This document shows, one piece after another, positions 56,291 through 64,000 of a DNA stretch of 64,000 bases. The DNA comes from Octopus vulgaris. Taxonomy: Eukaryota. Below the pieces are notes generated by a model. That model did no database searches. It was not told the origin of the DNA and was given only the letters and a program-made list of their open reading frames with translations. Position 1 is the stretch's first letter, and each line of letters begins with the position of its first letter. The stretch is from assembly GCA_951406725.2 (NCBI GenBank), contig OX597828.1:41974001-42038000 (forward strand), written 5' to 3'. Both the position numbers and the translations under genes were made by a program.

Positions 56291-57811
56291 AGAGGGACAC
56301 AGAGAACAGAGAGAGAAAGCAAAAGACAGAAAAAGATAGCAGCACAAAAGAAGCATAGAGATGGAAGGGGAGAAAGAGAGAGAGAGAGAGACAGAGAGAG
56401 AGAGGGGGTGAATAGGAGAGAAAGGATGAGAAAGGATAGAATACGAATAGAATTCGTACTCAAATATAAAAAAAAACACTGCAAACGAAATAAGGGTCCC
56501 TGGCGTTTCATTAAAGTTAATAAACATATAATAAATGCACAAACAACTGGGAACACAGACACAGAAGATCACCAAATCCTCATCAGTTATTGGCCAGAAG
56601 GTCAAACGCAATTTCGCGATTTCAACGAGAATCGGCCAGGAAATGGTGAGCCAACGAATATATATATATAAATACAAAATGGGACAAAAGCGCAAAACAT
56701 TCAGAAGACGATACAAAAAATACAGACGGGTCATTCGGAGCCTTCAATCTTCACTCAAGAACCGGATCATCCTCGCAATTTCGGCTGATTAATCTTGAGA
56801 TTGCTCCAATCTGGCCAGCCCCAAGGAAAAACTAAGCTAAGCGCATTAGATGCTTTGGAAAAAAGCTTCGAATGTATACGAAGCAAGGAGGGAAAAACGG
56901 ACGATGTTACACGAATATGAATACAAAAATAATACGAAAACACAATAATAATAATAATAACAGGAATCACAACAGGCGTCTTTCGACTTAGACGAATTGA
57001 ACTCACCTGGTGTGTTAGGAATGTGCCTTGGGGCAGAGAAAAAAAAATGTTGATGTGACCACGACCGCTGCCAGAGGCAAAAGGCCAGTAGTCGGCCAGT
57101 CAGTCACGTGTGAAGAGAAGAGAGAGGAAAAGAGGGACAGAGGAATTAAGGAGGGAGAGAAGAGAGAGAGAGAGAGTGCGAGAAAAAGAGACAGGGACAA
57201 AGTGAAGTGCAAAGTAAGAAAAGCAAAGAAACTGGCCTCCTTTCGGGCTTTGTGCCTAGAATAGAAAGGAATCGTTAGCACGCCGGGCAAAATGCTTAGT
57301 AACAGTTTCGTCTGTCTTAACGTTCTGAGTTCAAATTCTGCCGAGGATGACTTTACCTTTCATTCTTTGGGAGTCGATAAAATAGGTATCAGTCGTGCAC
57401 TGGGGTGGATGTAATCGACTCACCCCACCCCCCGAAATTGCTGGCCTTGTACCAATATGCAAAACCTGTATTAGTATTAGTTTTAGAGTGGTATTTTTCG
57501 CCAAGGCAGCTAACAATTGTTCACATAAATTATTTAGGGTTAAGGTATTAATTCTATACATTTAAAGAATAAACGTAAACACGCAAATTGTGATACATGG
57601 CGTAAATGAAATATGTTGCAGAGTTTTGTTTCGATATCTGTAACTCTCATCAGGCGGTGTATAGAAGACTGAATCCTTCTATGATCTACAGTATAAAGCT
57701 ATCAATCACGTAAGATTAGACATAAAACTGCTTGGAACGATCGAGTCACCTGAAAAACAAAAATATTTTATATAAAATCTCATGATACTCTTTCAAAAAA
57801 CAGCGTCTACA

Positions 57812-57891
<80 letters not shown>

Positions 57892-57894
57892 TAT

Positions 57895-57995
<101 letters not shown>

Positions 57996-58394
57996 ATGCT
58001 GCTGCTGCTACTACTACTACTACTAGCGAGATAGCGAGTTTCCATCTTTTCGTCTCCTCCTCCTTCAACTCCTTTACGTCTTCCTTCTACTTCCTCTTTT
58101 CCTACAATTTCTTCATCCATGTAAATATATTTATATCTTCTTGTCTTACAGATTCCTCCACTCCATCCAACACCGCCTTCCGTTCCACTTCGACTTTACA
58201 ACCGTTTCCACCTCCATCGTCTTCTCTCCTTGTCTTCCCCTCTCCCTTTCTTTCTTTCTCTTCTTCCTCTTCTTCTCTCCCTCACTCTCATTCTCTCTCT
58301 TTACACCATCAAAAGTACTTACTAATCTATTTACACCCAATCACACCCTTCCCTCTAGCAATTTACTCACGATAAATGCTAGTAGGGACCCCGT

Positions 58395-58441
<47 letters not shown>

Positions 58442-58540
58442 GTGTGTGTATACATCTATACATACGTGCATACGTACGTATATACATATACATATATATA
58501 TATACATGTCTGTGTGTATGTGTGTATATATGTATGTATA

Positions 58541-58590
<50 letters not shown>

Positions 58591-58703
58591 TACACATATA
58601 TATTAGATATATATATACACACATAAATATATACATACATACATACATGCATACACAGATACATATATACATATATATATACACACACACATATATACAT
58701 ACA

Positions 58704-58744
<41 letters not shown>

Positions 58745-59029
58745 GTATATAGACATACACACACATACATATATATGTATGTGTGAATGTGTATGCGCCC
58801 TCCCACTCCGTTTTTTCCCCTTCTTCAGTTTTTTGGGGAAAGATGTTTACTTTTAAGGGATTCCAACTCCTGTCGGACCCTTTCACCCTTCACCTCCGAC
58901 CTTTCCTCTTTCTTTTCCCCTCTTTCCTTTTTGTTGTCGTTTAATTGTTTTTATAATTATTTTACTTTACTGTTTTTTTTCGGTTGTTTTCTCTCTTTTC
59001 TCTTTCTTTCTCTCTGTCACATACACACA

Positions 59030-59088
<59 letters not shown>

Positions 59089-59364
59089 AAGAGATTCCGT
59101 TTCTATTTTTCTGCTCTTTTTCTTTTGGTCTCAATCCATCTCTCTAATATTCTCTCCTCTCTTTGTTTATTTTTTCTTTCTTCTTTCTTTCTTTCTTTCT
59201 TTTTCCTACCGTTCTTCCTTTCTTTCTTCCTTTCTTTCTTCCATTCTTTCTTCCGTTCTTTCTTTCTTTCTTTCTTTCTCTCTCTCTCTCTCTCAATCCG
59301 TTTCTCTATCATCCCTTCTTTCTCCCATCCCTCTCACTTACCCCTTCTCTATTTCTCTCCCACT

Positions 59365-59404
<40 letters not shown>

Positions 59405-59974
59405 CTCTCGCCTAATCCGTTTCTTTTTCACACCCTTCTCTCTCCTACCCCTTTCCCTTACCCCTCTCTGTTTCTCTCTCACTACTTCTCTCTGTCTGTC
59501 TCTGTCTGTCTCTCTGTCTCTCTCTCCCCCTCTCTCCCCCGCTCCCTCCCTCTCTCTCCCTGTCTATTCAGCCGAATCCATCAACTGTTGTTATTGCCGC
59601 TTTTATAGTTGTTGCTTAACCCCAGGTTAACTCCGATCTACTAAATCCATGATCAGTCGCATGCCAACCGTGTCCATCTCATCTCTTTCTTCTTTTCTGT
59701 CTTTTTGTTTCTATACGTAGAGAATCCAAGACTTCATCATTCATCAACAAATGGTTTGGTTTCAGGCTGACTTGACTGCTTTTTCTAGACTGACGAGCAG
59801 AGACTCCCTGAAACGTCGAAGATATTAATAAAGAGAACTAGAAACGATTTTAATACTTCTAAAGTTATTATTGTTGTAGATGATGATGATTGCGCTTTTG
59901 TTGTGATCCATATTATTCCTATTGATGTTGTTATTGTTGATGTTATTGTTGCCATTATTGCTGTTGTGTCTTTT

Positions 59975-60186
59975 ATCTTTTACCTGCTCCAGTCATTAGA
60001 CCGCTACCATGCTGGAGCACCGCTTTTAGTCGAGCAAATCGACCCCGGGACTTATTCTTGTGTAAGCCCAGTACTTATTCTATCGGTCTCTTTTGCCGAA
60101 CCGCTAAGTAACGGGGACGTAAACACACCAGCATCGGTTGTCAAGCAATGCTAGGGGGACAAACACAGATACACAAACAAACACAC

Positions 60187-60257
<71 letters not shown>

Positions 60258-60752
60258 TATATACGACGGGCTTCTTTCAGTTTCCGTCTACCAAATCCAC
60301 TCACAAGGCTTTGGTCGGCCCGAGGCTATAGTAGAACACACTTGCCCAAGGTGCCACGCAGTGGACCGAACCTGGAACCATGTGGTTGGTAAACAAGCTA
60401 CTTACCACACAGCCACTCCTGCGCCTATTAATTTATTATTAATTTATTATTAATTTATTTTTAAAATCCTGCTGCGTTTCCTGTCGGTTGCTTTTGCCGA
60501 ACCGCTAAGTTACGCGGACGTAAGCACAGCAAACCAGCACCACTTGTCAAGCGGTCGTGGTGGACAGACACTGCGAAAAAGACATACGCACGCGCACACA
60601 CTCACATACACCCTCTCCCTCACACACACACGCATATATATATTCACGGGCTTCTTTCAGTTTCCATCTGCTAAATCCTTTCACAAGGCCATAGCAGAAG
60701 ACACTTGGCCAAGGCGCTACGCAGTGGGACTGAACCCGGAACCTGCGCCTAT
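59975..60752 (-). mobile_element. Two SINE family A copies (59975-60428 and 60480-60752)
   Basis: Both match the family A consensus. Confidence 0.82.
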
Positions 60753-60777
60753 TTGTTAATGGTATTGTTGTTGTTAA

Positions 60778-61173
60778 GGCGGCGAGCTGGCAGAATCGTT
60801 AGCTCGCCGGGCGAAATGCTCAGCAGTATTTCGTCTGTCGCTACGTTCTGAGTTCAAATTCCGCCGAGGTCGACTTTGCCTTTTATCCTTTCGGGGTTGA
60901 TTAAATAAGTACCAGTTACGGCTTAATCCCTTTGTCTGTCTTTGTTTGTTCCTTCTGTGTTTAGCCCCTTGTGGGTAGTAAAGAAATGGGTATTTCGTCT
61001 GCCTTTACGTTCTGAGTTCAAATTCTGCCGAGGTCGACTTTGCCTTTCATCCTTTCGGGGTCGATTAAATAAGTATCAGTTACGCACTGGGGTCGATATA
61101 ATCGACTTAGTCCGTTTGTCTGTCCTTGTTTGTCCCTTCTGTGTTTAGCCCCTTGTGGGTAGTAAAGAAATAG
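60778..61173 (+). mobile_element. SINE family B partial tandem dimer
   Basis: Two consecutive bodies, flanked by the ggtattgttgtt duplication. Confidence 0.82.
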
Positions 61174-61862
61174 GTATTGTTGTTATTTATTATTCGTTAT
61201 TCTTGTTACTGCTGTTCCTATAATTTTATTTTATTTTATTTTATTTTATTTTTCTTATTGTGACTTGCTTGTTTTGTTTTACATTTTTATTTGTTGTTGT
61301 TGCCATTGTTTTTCATTGGTGTTACTGTTTTTCTTTCTGCCAACTATTATGAATGAACGTATTCCTTCCCCTACTCTCTCAGGAAGGATAGATTCATTCA
61401 GAGAAACGGCTACTCACCTCACCACCACTAACCTCCCACCATTACTTCAGGACTCTACTACATCTGATACCGCAACAATCACCACCACCATCACCACCAC
61501 CAACACCACCATCCACCACACCATCACCACATCCACCACTACATTATCACTACTACTACTATTACTACTACTGCCATCATTACCCAAGCACCACCAACAT
61601 CGCCAGCACCGCCACAACCATCACCAATACCATTATTTGCAACAGTACCACCACCGACAATAAGATCACCACCGTCACTATTACCACCACCTTCACCACC
61701 ACCAACGCCATCACCTCCACCACAGTTACCCTCATCGCCACCAGCGCCTCCATCAACACTACCATCACCACCACCATAACGGTCATCACCACCGGCACCA
61801 CCTCCACCACCACCATCAACACCATCACCATCACCACCACCACAACTATCACCACCATAACC

Positions 61863-61893
<31 letters not shown>

Positions 61894-62439
61894 CCACCAC
61901 CACCACCACCACACCACCACCACCACCACCACAACCACAACAACCACCACCACCACAGTACCATACCAACCCATTCAGTACCATCATAACACACCGCATC
62001 CTTCCTGATTTTTCCCCCATCTCCAATCCTCTCCGAAATCCTTCACCCCCGTTCCCTACTTCCACAACTTTCAATTCACCCCCCCCACATCATCCATCGT
62101 CCCCTCATATTCTCACTCCACCCCACCCCACCCCACAGACTATCCAATCCCCATCTCCATCTCCTCCCATCTCTGTCATCCCGCTCCCCTCCCCTCTCCT
62201 TCTAATCTGTTCTGTCAATGGGTTACCAAAATACCCGGAACTCTCTTTCACCCTGTAGTCGCTCTCACCTTCGATAGCTGTCACGTGAGAAAACCCACCC
62301 GTTCACCACCCCAGCCGTCCACTCAATCCTAACCCCAACCCGTCCGTTCACTACCATCACACCCCGACTCTTACGGTAAGAAAAAATTCCCCGCCACCGC
62401 CACCGCCCCCCCCTCCCATAACTACCCCATTTACCGAAT

Positions 62440-62487
<48 letters not shown>

Positions 62488-62582
62488 CACTACTGCTGCT
62501 GTTGCTGCAGCTGTTACTACTACTACTACTACTATAACTATTTCTGCTGTTATAACTACCACCGCCACCGCCACCGCCACCC

Positions 62583-62616
<34 letters not shown>

Positions 62617-62910
62617 GTCTTTTTTTATTTTGTTACTTTATACAAATTTCTCCCTCTAAAGTTCTTCACATCTTCCCGGGTGGCTATCCCCACCTTCATT
62701 TTTTCTTGTTCCTTCCGTTTTGTTTTTGTTTTTGTTTTGTAAAGAGGCAGGGACCCACCCGCTGCTTTCGGTCTCATTGGTCGTATATAAACTTATTCGG
62801 TAAACATTGTCTTTTATCTTATTTAATCTTATAATTGGTTTCCTTTGAAACGATTGCTCTCAGTGAAGGGTTTTCTGTGTTATTGTTGTTGTTGCTGCTG
62901 CTGCAGTAGT

Positions 62911-63012
<102 letters not shown>

Positions 63013-63049
63013 TGATGTTTGTGATGTCTTTTGGTGGTGATGGTAGTCT

Positions 63050-64000
63050 TGGCGATAGTAGAGTGATGGTGTTGTTGTTGCTGATGGTGGTGGTAGTTTG
63101 GGCGATAGTAGAATGAGGGATGTTTGTGATGGTAGTGGGAGTCTGGGCGATAGTAGAGTGAAGCATGGTTGTGATGGTGTTGTTGTTGCTAATGATGGTG
63201 GTAGTTTGGGCGATAGTAGAACGAGGGATGTTTGTGGTGGTAGTGGGAGTCTGGGCGATAGTAGAGTGAAGCATGGTTGTGATGGTGTTGTTGTTGCTAA
63301 TGATGGTGGTAGTTTGGGCGATAGTAGAACGAGGGATGTTTGTGGTGGTAGTGGGAGTCTGGGCGATAGTAGAGTGAAGCATGGTTGTGATGGTGTTGTT
63401 GTTGCTAATGATGGTGGTAGTTTGGGCGATAGTAGAACGAGGGATGTTTGTGGTGGTAGTGGGAGTCTGGGCGATAGTAGAGTGAAGCATGGTTGTGATG
63501 GTGTTGTTGTTGCTAATGATGGTGGTAGTTTGGGCGATAGTAGAACGAGGGATGTTTGTGGTGGTAGCGGGAGTCTGGGCGATAGTAGAGTGAAGCATGG
63601 TTGTGATGGTGTTGTTGTTGCTAATGATGGTGGTAGTTTGGGCGATAGTAGAACGAGGGATGTTTGTGGTGGTAGTGGGAGTCTGGGCGATAGTAGAGTG
63701 AAGCATGGTTGTGATGGTGTTGTTGTTGCTAATGATGGTGGTAGTTTGGGCGATAGTAGAACGAGGGATGTTTGTGGTGGTAGTGGGAGTCTGGGCGATA
63801 GTAGAGTGAAGCATGGTTGTGATGGTGTTGTTGTTGCTAATGATGGTGGTAGTTTGGGCGATAGTAGAACGAGGGATGTTTGTGGTGGTAGTGGGAGTCT
63901 GGGCGATAGTAGAGTGAAGCATGGTTGTGATGGTGTTGTTGTTGCTAATGATGGTGGTAGTTTGGGCGATAGTAGAACGAGGGATGTTTGTGGTGGTAGT
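63050..64000. repeat. 108-bp minisatellite, at least 8 near-identical copies, running off the window end
   Basis: aagcatgg occurs at 63161, 63269 and onward. Each unit holds two tgggcgatagtaga sub-repeats. Confidence 0.95.

Noticed and set aside
57615-57660. Minus-strand CTGATGA...GAAAC
   Set aside because: The core boxes are present but stems I-III pair poorly. It may be a decayed HHR but is not supportable.
59788-59822. CTGACGA...GAAACGTC HHR-like string
   Set aside because: Stem I does not pair and stem II overlaps the GAAA box.

Overview
Eukaryotic, gene-poor, AT-rich DNA saturated with microsatellites. The SINE content points to an octopod (coleoid cephalopod) genome; that is an inference, not a database result. 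I found no credible host protein-coding gene, and nearly all listed ORFs are translations of simple repeats. Recognisable parts are many tRNA-derived SINE copies (3-4 families), decayed LINE fragments (CR1/L2-type RT, Penelope-like RT, two Tx1/L1-type zf-RVT 3' ends, two R4/Dong-type REL 3' ends), a near full-length dead DD37D (maT) transposon, mariner and hAT MITEs, and a 108-bp minisatellite. The main finding is a set of small, non-coding elements, mostly bordered by (TA)n, that carry type I hammerhead ribozyme (HHR) motifs. The best example is a near-identical 534-bp tandem array at 19528-22700 with an intact HHR in six units and an internal inversion. At least five other sequence-distinct HHR-bearing elements occur at about 5.5, 17.1-17.3/49.4, 17.6, 23.4, 48.8 and 53.1 kb, and a Penelope-like RT relic lies at 6.8-7.4 kb. 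Together they suggest a diversified retrozyme (circRNA) / Penelope system targeting TA repeats. All RNA structures were paired by eye and none has been computed.
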